From contig CAVXTM010000011.1 in NCBI GenBank assembly GCA_963764725.1, positions 96,001-160,000 of the forward strand: a stretch of DNA of 64,000 nt, given 5' to 3'. A program made the position numbers and the translations under genes. Numbering within the stretch: the first letter of the stretch is position 1; each line of letters starts with the position of its first letter. A model generated the notes under the pieces. The model searched no databases and had not been told where the DNA came from. It worked only from the letters and a program-made list of their open reading frames with translations. Shown here in pieces: positions 31,854-42,141 of this stretch. This stretch comes from an uncultured Gammaproteobacteria bacterium. Its GTDB lineage: Bacteria > Pseudomonadota > Gammaproteobacteria > JACCXJ01.

Positions 31854-31957
31854 TGCGATGTGCCAGTGCGCTTCAGAAGGCGCCTCTCTTTGCTGGGCAG
31901 GCGCTTCTTGGACGAGGTAGCAGCGCCGCGTCTTTCTCTGTATCTGGGAGGTATGTC

Positions 31958-33142
31958 ATGAGAGATTCCGATTCCCGCAAACACCGTGGCATTGTGCTTA
32001 CTTGTTTTTCTGCTTTAGCATTCTCGTTCTCCGCTATCAGTGGGTGCAGGTCTCACGATACTACACAGAGAGCCAGTCACGGTTTCCGCCTCACCGACAA
32101 GGAATTGCTAGTTTACATCGAGGCCGTGACAAGAATTCGGGAGACAGCCGCGCTCCTACCTCCTAGAGGAACCACAGCCCAGATCGTCGGGGATACACTG
32201 AACGCGTATCTGGCGCAAAAAGACGCGTCTTCCGGCTATCTCACCCGTGAGGAGTACCGTGACTTTCAGCGTCTGCAGGATGACAGGTACGTCGGCATCG
32301 GTATGGATATCGAGAAGGATGCCGAAGGCAACGTTCTTTGCCTTCCCGTCATGGAGAGTGTCGCGGCAAAGGCCGGTATCCACGCGCGTGATCGCCTCAA
32401 GAGCATCGAGGGTGTCCCGGTTGCGGGAAAATCGCTACTCGCGCTCGGCTCCCTCGCTAGGGGTGCGCCGGGAGCCCGGTTAGCGTTAGTCATTGTCACT
32501 CCCGCCGGAATCGAAAAGCAGGTGATCCTGACGCGGGCGATGACGAGCGTCGAGACGGTATCCCAACGCAACTTCGGTTCGATCCCGGTAATTCGGATCC
32601 ACACTTTTACCCGCGGGACGAAGGGCAAGCTCGCGGCGCTTGTCACAGACTGGGCAACAGATCGGCCCGCTGTCCTCGATCTGCGCGGTAATCGGGGTGG
32701 TGATCTCCATGCCGCTATTGACTCCGCGCAGCTCTTCTTGCCCGCGGGGACGCGCATTGTTTCCGTAACGGGCCGTGGCACGAAACACTATCAAAGTGAC
32801 AACGCTCCGCTGAATATGGAAACTCCCATCTATCTTTGGCAGGATGAGGCCACGGCCAGCGCGGCAGAGGTCTTCATTGCAGCGCTAACGCAGAATCGCC
32901 GGGCCGTATCGATCGGAAAACAAACATTCGGCAAAGGAACCAAGCAAGACATCCTCGAGTTGAGCGATGGATCGGCGCTGGTCTTGACCACGGGGCACCT
33001 GGCGACCCCCGATGGCACCCGCTACGATGGACAGGGGATCTCCCCGACGCATGCTCTGCTCGAGGAGGTTTCCGACACCGGGCACTATCTCGAACGCGTA
33101 GGATCATTGATGTACTCGGAGCGCTACCCCGCTACAAGATGA
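31958..33142 (+). CDS. S41 family C-terminal processing peptidase (PDZ plus Ser/Lys dyad), probable lipoprotein
   Basis: YVGIG PDZ loop, LDLRGNRGG, TASAAE and GKQTFGKG; GGAGG RBS; ISGC lipobox. Confidence 0.88.
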   Translation: MRDSDSRKHRGIVLTCFSALAFSFSAISGCRSHDTTQRASHGFRLTDKELLVYIEAVTRIRETAALLPPRGTTAQIVGDTLNAYLAQKDASSGYLTREEYRDFQRLQDDRYVGIGMDIEKDAEGNVLCLPVMESVAAKAGIHARDRLKSIEGVPVAGKSLLALGSLARGAPGARLALVIVTPAGIEKQVILTRAMTSVETVSQRNFGSIPVIRIHTFTRGTKGKLAALVTDWATDRPAVLDLRGNRGGDLHAAIDSAQLFLPAGTRIVSVTGRGTKHYQSDNAPLNMETPIYLWQDEATASAAEVFIAALTQNRRAVSIGKQTFGKGTKQDILELSDGSALVLTTGHLATPDGTRYDGQGISPTHALLEEVSDTGHYLERVGSLMYSERYPATR

Positions 33143-33209
33143 AACCCCGCAACGACAATGCCGGTTTGTGGCACAGCGGATTTTATCCCCATGGCCACGG
33201 GGGTGAGCT

Positions 33210-34364
33210 ATGAGAAAGATTTTTGTCAACTATCGCAGAGAACCCGATCAGTATGTGGCGGGAAATCTAAGCCGCGAGCTGCGCCGCTACTTCGGCGACT
33301 CGCAAGTATTCCGCGACAAGGAAAGCATCGAGGGAGGTGTGTCGTGGAAGCAGCACGTGCTGGACGAGATCGACTGCGATTCGGTGCTGCTGGTGCTGAT
33401 TGGACAAAAGTGGGGCGATGTGCGCGACGCGGGCGGAAACCGGCGACTCGACAAGCCGGACGATCCAGTACGCCTTGAGATCGCCCATGCGATGCGCAAC
33501 GGTGCAGCGATCATTCCGCTGCTGCTGGAAAACGCGCAGATGCCGCCCGCTTCCAAGCTCCCGCAAGAGTTGATCCAGCTCGCCGAACTCAACGCGCTCA
33601 AGCTACGCGACGGCGATTGGGAAGCCGATGGCGCAAAAATCGTGCAGCGGCTGGAAAAACTCGGAGCAAAGCGAGTCGCCGGCGCAGATTCTCAGCCGGG
33701 GAACGTGGACGGTAAAACTAAGGAGCCGGACAAACGTTATCAGAGTTGCGCTGAGTTCTTAGCCGACCTTGATGCGTCTCAGGCGGAAGTCTCCGGCGCT
33801 CAGAGCATCCGCCCGCGATACGTGATTGCAGCAGCTGTGGCGGGCCTCATGATAGCCGTCGGGGCTGAGATTTATTTCAGCAAGGCCGTTCGCTTCGTTG
33901 TGGACGAGGAGGCAATGCTACAGAAGGAGCATGAGACCGGTTTCATTCTGATCCAGGGTGCGGCGGAAAAAGCATCTCTTGCTTGCCGAGGGCTCCGGGA
34001 AATCGATATCAAGCGACAGAATCTCGAAATTGCCAAGGGACTCGGCGATACAGGACTCGTGGATGCATATACCACCCAAATCGAGGAGATCGCCCAAAAC
34101 ATCCGCGACCACGCTTCAGAATATAAGGATCTGATCGGTAGAATCGTCGGCATTAAAAAGGCGGTCGCAGAGGCCGAATTTGAGCATTATGCGAATGAAC
34201 TACTGAGCAAAAAGTCATTCAATCAAGTCCACGTGAGCCGGTTGGTACAGCGTCATTATCAGGACCATCTCGACGGCGCTAGCGCGGAGCACGTAGGGCT
34301 AACCCGCCAAACCTGTATGGGGGATATGAAGGAATACGCATTTAAACCTTCGCTTGGGCGGTGA
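33210..34364 (+). CDS. TIR-domain protein with a single TM helix and helical C-terminal domain
   Basis: KIFVNYRRE...VFRD..SIEGG..W...VLIGQKW...DPVRLEI...IIPLL (TIR_2, catalytic-position Glu present); TM YVIAAAVAGLMIAVGAEIYF. Confidence 0.85.
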   Translation: MRKIFVNYRREPDQYVAGNLSRELRRYFGDSQVFRDKESIEGGVSWKQHVLDEIDCDSVLLVLIGQKWGDVRDAGGNRRLDKPDDPVRLEIAHAMRNGAAIIPLLLENAQMPPASKLPQELIQLAELNALKLRDGDWEADGAKIVQRLEKLGAKRVAGADSQPGNVDGKTKEPDKRYQSCAEFLADLDASQAEVSGAQSIRPRYVIAAAVAGLMIAVGAEIYFSKAVRFVVDEEAMLQKEHETGFILIQGAAEKASLACRGLREIDIKRQNLEIAKGLGDTGLVDAYTTQIEEIAQNIRDHASEYKDLIGRIVGIKKAVAEAEFEHYANELLSKKSFNQVHVSRLVQRHYQDHLDGASAEHVGLTRQTCMGDMKEYAFKPSLGR

Positions 34365-36927
34365 GACTCGCGATGTCCCGCAAAATACGCGGTGTTTTGG
34401 GTCCGCCGGGGAAAGCCAGGTATTTGGGACGCCACACGGGCCCGAGTTGTTCCGCGAAACGCCGGTAGCTTTCATGGTCACGAAAGTGCTCGCTTTGACG
34501 ATAAATCATGTTCCCGATCCGCTGCCAAAGCGGAGCGAGCGCATGGCGTTGCAATCCCGCGACCGGCACCATCCCGAGATTGAACCAGCGATAGGCTCGT
34601 GTTTGGCCGCCCAGCATGAGCTCCGTCACCATGAATTCCATGATGCCCGCGGTGGCATCGGGCCGGTAGCGCGCTAGATCCAGGGCTAGTTCTTCCTTGC
34701 GGGCACTCACCCACAAAATCGCAAACGCTACGATACGCTTATCCTTGCGCACCACGGCGCAGGGGAAGTTGGCAACGTAAGTAGGATCGAAATAGCCCCT
34801 GGAAAAGCTCTTCTCCGAGGTCTTCGTGTGCGCCAGCCATTCCTCGGAGACGCGCTGCATGTCCGGGATCAACGCGGGCACCTTGGCCGAACTGACTATC
34901 TCGAAGCTGACGCCCTCTGCAAGCACGTGGTCGTAAGCTTTGCGGAGCGCCGCTCTTTCGGCTCCCTGGAGCGAAAAGCGCTCTAACGGGATGCGGGCGT
35001 CATCGCCCAATTTGAGCACCGATAGGCCGAGATCGATATAGCGCGACAAGCCTTCGGCATCGATGAGATAAAAAACCGGCCATCCACCATAGCGATCGCA
35101 GAGATCCCGAAACGTCCAGAGCAGGCTCTCGTGCTCAGCCGGCGGACCGACGGGATCACCGAGCGCGACCCAGCTTTTATGCATCACCCGGTACATGATG
35201 AAGGCATGACCAGAATGGCTGAACAGAAAGCGCTTGTCGCCGAGCAAGGCGAGGCTCGCCCGCGCATTCGGGTCCTGCTTGACGATGCGGCGGATCTGCT
35301 GGAGGCTCGCCGTATGCGGCAGGTCGGGGACTGGATCGGCCCGCAGTAGATACGCCAACGCTATCGCGCCGGCAAGGACAACCGCCACCGCTAGGGTGCG
35401 GAGACATCTGGAAAGCTCGCCGTCATATTGGAACTGCCACCAGAGCTCGTGGGAATAGGCGAATTGCTTATACGAAAAGATGCCGAGCCAGATGGTCACG
35501 GCGAGGATCGCCATCACGGTGGAGACCCACTCCGCCGGAAAACCCTGATCGAGTGCCGAGCCTCCGCGTTGGAACTCTCGATGCGTCGCCAATAGCACCA
35601 GGAGCGTGAGGGCGAGAACGAACGCGCCTTCATAGATCAAGCCTTTGATCAGAAAGGCTACGATCCCCAGCGCGAGCAGAGCGGCGATCAAACGATAGGC
35701 CGTGCTGAGACGGAGCGACAAGCCGCGCGCAAGGATTACGAGCCCCATCCCGGCAGCGCCCGCGAGCGCGTGGAAAACCTCCACCAGCGGTAGCGGCGCC
35801 GCCTCCCTTAGCAAGCCGAGGCGTCCCGCCGGCGCCGGAACGGCGCTCGAGAAAAGCAGCATCATCCCGGCGAAGATGATGACTACGGCCATGATTTGCG
35901 GTCCGAGCACTTCAAGCCAATCCGTCGCAGACTCCCGCGCCCGCACCCACTGGGCGCGTTGCGCGACCGCTTCATGAGCGGCGAGCACGATGGCGGCGAC
36001 GCCGAGGGGCGCCAGATAATAGACGCAACGGAACAACAAGATCGCGCCGAGCAGCGCCGCGGGAGGGATCTCCGGTAGACCGACCAGCATCACCGACTCG
36101 AAGACACCGATGCCCCCCGGCACGTGACTCACACCCCCTGCCAGCAAGGCCAGTGCGAATACGCCCAAAAAACCGAAGAAGTCCGTTCCTGGGTATACCG
36201 GCAGCAGCACGTAGACTACGGCGCCGATCAGCATAAGATCCAAAGCGCCGAGGGCGATTTGCGCCGAGGCCGTTTTGGCCGACGGCAGCCGTAGCGACCA
36301 GTTCCGCGTCCGGATCGTCATCGGCCGTACGGCGGAAACGATGAGATACACCACCATCAGGCCCAGCATCACCGCGCCTAAGGTGTGCTTCACTTCGGGA
36401 GGCAGGGAAAATGCCGTGGCTTCTGCGCTCCCAAACAGCAGTGAGAGCGTTAGGATAAAACCGATCCCCAAGCTTACGGTCAGCGCGCACATGGTCGTGA
36501 TCCCGGCGATCTCGACCGCGGTTAAACCGCCTCGAGAATAGAGGCGGTAGCGGATGGCGCCGCCGGTGACCATCGCGAAACCGAGATTGCTGCCGAAAGC
36601 AGAAGCGAGGAAGCCCGCAAGCGCGGCGCGCGAATAGGACAAGGGACGGTTGATGTGCTTTAGGGCAACTACATCATAGCCCGTCACCACCACATAACTG
36701 GCGGCCGTAATTCCGAGCGCCAGTAATACTGATGTCCAGGGTAGCGCATGAACGTTTTCCAGGACCTCGGCCAGCTCGATCTTTTTTAGCGTGCGGTAAA
36801 CGACCCAGAGCGCGACACACACGATAGCGAGACTGATAAGAGTACCGGCTTGCACCAACAGTTTTTTGGCGAACGGCCCGGCCCGGCTGGGGCTTTTACG
36901 CTTTGCTGCGTTGCTCGCAATCGCCAT
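34342..36927 (-). CDS. mprF: bifunctional aminoacyl-phosphatidylglycerol flippase/synthase
   Basis: N-terminal multi-TM with GGAIRYRLY and HVPGGIGVFE; C-terminal GDK...ALGDPVG...EKSFSRG...FNLGM. Confidence 0.92.
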   Translation of the reverse strand: MAIASNAAKRKSPSRAGPFAKKLLVQAGTLISLAIVCVALWVVYRTLKKIELAEVLENVHALPWTSVLLALGITAASYVVVTGYDVVALKHINRPLSYSRAALAGFLASAFGSNLGFAMVTGGAIRYRLYSRGGLTAVEIAGITTMCALTVSLGIGFILTLSLLFGSAEATAFSLPPEVKHTLGAVMLGLMVVYLIVSAVRPMTIRTRNWSLRLPSAKTASAQIALGALDLMLIGAVVYVLLPVYPGTDFFGFLGVFALALLAGGVSHVPGGIGVFESVMLVGLPEIPPAALLGAILLFRCVYYLAPLGVAAIVLAAHEAVAQRAQWVRARESATDWLEVLGPQIMAVVIIFAGMMLLFSSAVPAPAGRLGLLREAAPLPLVEVFHALAGAAGMGLVILARGLSLRLSTAYRLIAALLALGIVAFLIKGLIYEGAFVLALTLLVLLATHREFQRGGSALDQGFPAEWVSTVMAILAVTIWLGIFSYKQFAYSHELWWQFQYDGELSRCLRTLAVAVVLAGAIALAYLLRADPVPDLPHTASLQQIRRIVKQDPNARASLALLGDKRFLFSHSGHAFIMYRVMHKSWVALGDPVGPPAEHESLLWTFRDLCDRYGGWPVFYLIDAEGLSRYIDLGLSVLKLGDDARIPLERFSLQGAERAALRKAYDHVLAEGVSFEIVSSAKVPALIPDMQRVSEEWLAHTKTSEKSFSRGYFDPTYVANFPCAVVRKDKRIVAFAILWVSARKEELALDLARYRPDATAGIMEFMVTELMLGGQTRAYRWFNLGMVPVAGLQRHALAPLWQRIGNMIYRQSEHFRDHESYRRFAEQLGPVWRPKYLAFPGGPKTPRILRDIASLTAQAKV

Positions 36928-37094
36928 CGCCGTATGCTCGATCGAGTGGTGGTGTGGTGCGGATAAAGGCGAAGCACCAAGTCTAGTGTACTGCTAGTTA
37001 AGGCCCTGACATAGGTGCGACGCTTTGTTGGCCTTCCGGGGCTTTCCTAGGATGCTTGCAGTCGGTTCAAGGGCGATGCTAGAGTTTTCAGGAT

Positions 37095-37478
37095 ATGGGC
37101 CTGGGCCTGCCCGCCGCCCTCGGCTGGTTCTTTCTTGGGGCGTGGTTCATGGCGCTGCAATACACCGATTACCCCATGGCTAACCACGGAATCGACTTCC
37201 CCGCACAGCGGCGGCTTCTAGGACACCGGCGGTGGCTTGCCCTGGGCTTTGGCACCGTCGTCATGGTCTTGACCCTCATCCCAGTGGTCAATTTCCTGGC
37301 AATGCCCATTGCCGTCGCGGGCGCCACAGCGATGTGGGTCGGGGCGATCATTGTCAGGCCGCGAGGAAGCGCTTCCGCGCTGCCAGGAGGCGACAATCCT
37401 TTAACCGGGGCATTATGGATCGAGCGCTCTTCGAAGCGCAGTAGCGACACATTGATAAGCGCCGACTGCAGGTGCTAG
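37095..37478 (+). pseudogene. cysZ: 3' fragment of sulfate transporter CysZ (EI24 domain)
   Basis: GAWFMALQYTDYPMANH...LGFG...LIPVVNFLAMPIAVAGAT; N-terminal ~160 aa missing. Confidence 0.7.
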
Positions 37479-37613
37479 CATTGACGAGCACCGGGGAGGG
37501 AACTTTAGGCGAGGAGGCCAGACTCAAATATGGTGGGAATGCCTTTCTTTGAAAGCGTGCTATGCCCATAGTGGATAGCACGACCTATTAACAAAGCTGC
37601 TCGGAGGTGAACC

Positions 37614-38273
37614 ATGCCACTACGCATAGGCGACGAAGCCCCAGATTTTACGGCGGAGACAACGGAAGGAGCGATCCACTTCCACGAATGGATCGGGAAC
37701 GGTTGGGCTATTCTGTTCTCGCATCCGAAAGATTTTACCCCGGTCTGCACGACCGAGCTTGGTTATATGGCAGGTCTTAAGCCAGAGTTCGACAAGCGCA
37801 ACTGCAAGGTCATCGGTTTGAGCGTCGATTCGGTCGGCGACCACACCGCGTGGTCCAAAGATATTGCAGAGACCCAAGGCCATGCCGTGAACTATCCGTT
37901 GATCGGTGATACCGATCTAAAGGTGGCGAAGCTCTATGAAATGATTCACCCCAATGCCAGCGGCGGCGCACAGGGACGAACGGCGGCCGATAATGCCACG
38001 GTGCGCTCCGTGTTTGTCATCGGTCCGGACAAGAAGATCAAGTTGATGATCACCTATCCCATGAGCACGGGTCGCAACTTCGATGAGGTGCTGCGGGTAA
38101 TTGACTCGATGCAGCTAACAGCAAAGCACAAAGTTGCAACGCCGGTGAATTGGAAGCAGGGCGAGGACGTCATCATCATCCCGGCAGTTTCCGATGCAGA
38201 AGCTAAGGAGAAATTTCCGGGTGGCTGGAAATCGCCGCGGCCTTATCTAAGGATCGTGCCACAACCGAAGTAG
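37614..38273 (+). CDS. 1-Cys peroxiredoxin (Prx6)
   Basis: FSHPKDFTPVCTTE, YPMSTGRNFDE and ATPVNW. Confidence 0.95.
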   Translation: MPLRIGDEAPDFTAETTEGAIHFHEWIGNGWAILFSHPKDFTPVCTTELGYMAGLKPEFDKRNCKVIGLSVDSVGDHTAWSKDIAETQGHAVNYPLIGDTDLKVAKLYEMIHPNASGGAQGRTAADNATVRSVFVIGPDKKIKLMITYPMSTGRNFDEVLRVIDSMQLTAKHKVATPVNWKQGEDVIIIPAVSDAEAKEKFPGGWKSPRPYLRIVPQPK

Positions 38274-38365
38274 AGTGGTGGGTAGCGGGGAGGTCCTGAC
38301 GGCGCTGCGTTCACCGAGAAATCAGCCGTCGACCTCTGAGGATGCGTGATCGTTAAATCAATCAG

Positions 38366-40150
38366 TTATCGATTCTTTTTTTTACGTTTTTTACGTCGAG
38401 TTACGGAAGCCGGGATAGGCTGCTCAGTCGCTTGGGTTCTCTCAGCTCCAGGCCGGATTCGCTCGAGCACATAGCGTGTCATGCCAAGTGCGAGTTCGTG
38501 CTCGCCCATAAACACCTTCCCGGCATTCTCAGTTTGGAGGAGCCCTGCCTCTTCTTCGGTATGAGTACGCACGACCGTCTCGACCCGCGGGTTGAGTGTG
38601 CGCGCGATTTCGATCATTTTCCGGGCATGAAACGTATCCGGGGTGGCGATTACCAACATACGCGCCCGCACGATATGCGCCTGAATGAGCACCGCCGGAT
38701 CGGAGGCATCCCCGGAGACAGCCGGTACACCGCGTTCGCGTAGCTGCTCGACAAGCTCACGATTCTGCTCGGCTACGACGAATGGCACGCCGCGCTCGGT
38801 TAGCGCTTCACCGATCCGCCGTCCCACGCGGCCATAGCCCACCAGTACGATATGCCCGGTAAGGCGATTCTGGTCGACAGTCATCGGAAGCTCTGCGAGC
38901 GGGTCGTCGGACCGCTCCAGGGCGCGGGCAAGGTTCGAGCGGGATCGAATCCGGGTTTGCGCAGGCTCAAACACCCGGAACACCAGAGGATTGAGCGCGA
39001 TCGAGATCAGCGCTCCTGCCAGAATGAGGCTCTGACCTTCCGCCGGCAGGAGCCCTAGGGAAACGCCCAGACCTGCTAGGATAAACGAGAACTCGCCGAT
39101 CTGCGCTAAGCTCGCCGAGACCGTGAGGGCCGTGTTGAGCGGGTAGCGAAAGGCGAGGACGAGAAGAAAAGCGGCCAATGACTTGCCGAAGACGATGATC
39201 GCAACGACTACGAACACCTGTAGCGGCTGGCGGATCAGGACCTGCGGATCGAACAGCATTCCAACCGATACGAAGAACAGAACCGAAAAAGCATCCCTGA
39301 GCGGCAAGGACTCTTCAGCCGCCCGATAGCTCAGGTCCGATTCTCTCAGCACCATTCCGGCGAAAAAGGCCCCTAGTGCGAAGGAAACGCCAAAAAGTTC
39401 GGCGGAGCCGTAGGCAATGCCGACGGCGGCCGCAACGACGCACAACGTAAAGAGCTCCCGCGACCCCGTGCGCGCGACCTGCCAGAGAAACCACGGGAAG
39501 AGGCGGCGACCGACAACGAGCATGAGTACGACAAACACCGCGACTTGACCGAGCGTAAGCCCAAGCGTTTTCAGCAACTCCCGATCTGGGGTGCCTTCGG
39601 TAAGACCGCTCGCATGGTGGCCGCCGAGCCACGCCGAGAGCGGTGGCAGCAACACCAGGACCAGAACCATGACGAGGTCTTCGACCACCAGCCACCCGAC
39701 CGCGATGCGGCCGTTGACGGACTCTAACACGCCGCGATTCTCCAGCGCTCTGAGGAGTACGACCGTGCTCGCCACCGAGAGCGCAAGACCGAACACGATG
39801 CCGGCGCCCAGGCCCCAATCCCAATGGACGGCAACAGCGGTACCGAGCGCGGTCGCAACGGCAATTTGGACGATTGCTCCGGGCAAGGCGATCCGGCGAA
39901 CAGCCAATAAGTCATCGAAGGAAAAGTGCAAGCCGACGCCGAACATCAGCAGCATCACCCCGATTTCGGCGAGTTGACGCGAGAGCTCAACGTCGGCGAC
40001 GAAGCCCGGCGTCGCTGGGCCTAGCAATATGCCGGCGATCAGGTAACCGACCAGCACCGGCACTTTCAGGCGCGCGGCGATAAAGCCCATAATCAGGGCA
40101 AGGCCCAAGCCGGCGGCAATCGTGGTGATCAGGTTGACGCTATGAGGCAC
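38366..40150 (-). CDS. ybaL: CPA2 cation:proton antiporter with TrkA-N domain
   Basis: LAEIGVMLLMFGVGLHFS, ALSVASTVV, LAQIGEFSFIL and VGYGRVG. Confidence 0.9.
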   Translation of the reverse strand: MPHSVNLITTIAAGLGLALIMGFIAARLKVPVLVGYLIAGILLGPATPGFVADVELSRQLAEIGVMLLMFGVGLHFSFDDLLAVRRIALPGAIVQIAVATALGTAVAVHWDWGLGAGIVFGLALSVASTVVLLRALENRGVLESVNGRIAVGWLVVEDLVMVLVLVLLPPLSAWLGGHHASGLTEGTPDRELLKTLGLTLGQVAVFVVLMLVVGRRLFPWFLWQVARTGSRELFTLCVVAAAVGIAYGSAELFGVSFALGAFFAGMVLRESDLSYRAAEESLPLRDAFSVLFFVSVGMLFDPQVLIRQPLQVFVVVAIIVFGKSLAAFLLVLAFRYPLNTALTVSASLAQIGEFSFILAGLGVSLGLLPAEGQSLILAGALISIALNPLVFRVFEPAQTRIRSRSNLARALERSDDPLAELPMTVDQNRLTGHIVLVGYGRVGRRIGEALTERGVPFVVAEQNRELVEQLRERGVPAVSGDASDPAVLIQAHIVRARMLVIATPDTFHARKMIEIARTLNPRVETVVRTHTEEEAGLLQTENAGKVFMGEHELALGMTRYVLERIRPGAERTQATEQPIPASVTRRKKRKKKNR

Positions 40151-40544
40151 CTGTTTCTTCTCCCGATATTAGGGGATCTTTAGCACTATGCTTCAGCCAA
40201 TCTCACTGATGCCTCAGCGCACGGGACGATGTAGACTGCGGCGCGGCGGTTGAAGCGGTATTACATTTCGGAGGGATAATGATGAGCATAATTGTGAGAG
40301 GCGCTATGAAGGCGGCGGCCGGCCAGCTACCGCCCAACGACCACCACAATCAGCCCGGCTAGGCGCGGGGTTCTATTTTTTCTGAACAGGAATAAAAACC
40401 CTTATACATCCTAACCAAATACACACATTGACACAAGAAAACAACGATACGTGATGCCAAGCAAATGCTTTCATGCGCTTATGGCAAGACCTTGGTCTAT
40501 GATGGGACTGGTGCAATCCAACTAACCCGGCTACCGAGGAACCC

Positions 40545-40721
40545 ATGAAAAATGTCGAGATGCATGTCGAGGGGAATATTCTGACTATCCAGATCGATCT
40601 CTCCAAAGAATACGGTCCCTCTTCCTCAGGCAAGACCATCATCATTGCGTCTACGGAGGGCAACGTGCCTGTCCCTGAACGCGAGGAGAAAATTGGGTTA
40701 AACGTTTACCGTAAAAAGTAA
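40545..40721 (+). CDS. 58-aa conserved-looking small beta protein
   Basis: GAGGA RBS; MKNVEMHVEGNILTIQIDLSKEYGPSSSGKTIIIASTEGNVPVPEREEKIGLNVYRKK*; missed by the ORF track. Confidence 0.75.
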   Translation: MKNVEMHVEGNILTIQIDLSKEYGPSSSGKTIIIASTEGNVPVPEREEKIGLNVYRKK

Positions 40722-40810
40722 GTGTCGGTCTACGGTCGGGGCGGGCGAGCCGAACGCTTCAAGGCCATAGCCTGGCCAAGAGGGGACCGATCAAAATGCC
40801 GGGTTTTTGC

Positions 40811-42139
40811 TTACACAGGCGTGCAATAGCACCCCTGCTGCTTCGCATCGTGCGAGCGGCCGAGCCAATAGCCGACTGCGGCCCAGAGCGCTGCCAGGGC
40901 CGCGCCGACGAGCGCGGCCAGCCAGGCGCCGAAGCCTAGTGCGTCAATTCCGGCTTTGAGCCAGCCGCTGACGGCGTCGCCGCCGCGATAGACCGCCGTG
41001 TCGATGACGTTCTTTGCCTTGTATTTGGTTTCCGCATCGACGACGGTGAACAGAATTTCCCGGCCTGGCCTGACAAGCGCGTACTCTCCGACCCGGCGCA
41101 GCACCATCACCGCCGCGAGCACGCCGAACACCGGCATGAAGGCGAGGAACAGCAGCCCGCCGGTGATCACGATGGGCACCGCCGTTAACAGCACCGTGAC
41201 GCCACGACGCGCGGCCAGACGGCCAGTGAGGAAAATCTGCGTGAAAATGGTGAGTGCTTGGACCACCGCGTCCAGTGCGCTGAACACCTGTGTCTGGTGC
41301 ACGCGATCCGGAAAGGTCTCCGCGACCAGACGCGCCTGTTCGAAATAGAGGAAGGTGCTGGCGGTCGCGAGCAGAACGACGAAGGCGCTGATGCCCAACA
41401 GGTACGGTGAACGCGCGATGCGCGACAGGCCGGCGAAGATACGCCCGCCAATGGGCCGCTGCGGGTCCTCGGTGCCCGATTCCATGCCGGCGCCGGCGCG
41501 TGCACGCCAGCGCAGCAGAACGCCGACACCGAGCAAGCTCAGTCCCAGAAGTCCGGCGGCGAGGAGGCTCAGCCCCGTGTGCCCGATGGTCTCGACAAGC
41601 AGGCCCGCGAGCGTCGGGCCGAGGAGCCCGCCGGCACTAGCGCCGGCCGCGATCAAGGCGAACAGGCGCCGAGCCTGCGCCGGCCGGAATACATCCGCCA
41701 TCAGGCTCCAAGCGACCGAGATGACGAACAGGTTGAACACCGACAACCAGACGTAGAACACGCGCGCCAGCCAGACGCTTTCAGGATCGGCGCGGAAACC
41801 GGCGGTGAATGCCAGCAGATTGGCGATGAAGAAGCCGTAGACCCAGGGAATGAGCCGCGCGCGCGGCACGGCCGCGCTGAGCGCGCCGTAGGCCGGCACC
41901 GCCAGCAGCATCGTCAGAAAGGTCGCGGTGAACAGCCATTGCAGGTTCTGCACGCCGCCGGTGATGCCCATGGTTTCGCGCAGGGGCCGCAGCATGGAGT
42001 ATCCGGTGAACAGGCAGAAGAACATGCCGAAGCCAGCAACGACGACCGAAAGCTCGCCAGGATCGGCTTTGAGCAGGCGATGCAGAAATCCCGTTGGCGG
42101 CGAATACCGGTGGCTCGGATCATCCGCATCCTGAGCCAT
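40811..42139 (-). CDS. MFS transporter of the ATP/ADP translocase (NTT/AAA)-like family
   Basis: YSMLRPLRE, FYVWLSVFNLF, RPGREILFT and KYKAKNVIDT.VYRGGD. Confidence 0.85.
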   Translation of the reverse strand: MAQDADDPSHRYSPPTGFLHRLLKADPGELSVVVAGFGMFFCLFTGYSMLRPLRETMGITGGVQNLQWLFTATFLTMLLAVPAYGALSAAVPRARLIPWVYGFFIANLLAFTAGFRADPESVWLARVFYVWLSVFNLFVISVAWSLMADVFRPAQARRLFALIAAGASAGGLLGPTLAGLLVETIGHTGLSLLAAGLLGLSLLGVGVLLRWRARAGAGMESGTEDPQRPIGGRIFAGLSRIARSPYLLGISAFVVLLATASTFLYFEQARLVAETFPDRVHQTQVFSALDAVVQALTIFTQIFLTGRLAARRGVTVLLTAVPIVITGGLLFLAFMPVFGVLAAVMVLRRVGEYALVRPGREILFTVVDAETKYKAKNVIDTAVYRGGDAVSGWLKAGIDALGFGAWLAALVGAALAALWAAVGYWLGRSHDAKQQGCYCTPV

Positions 42140-42141
42140 CC

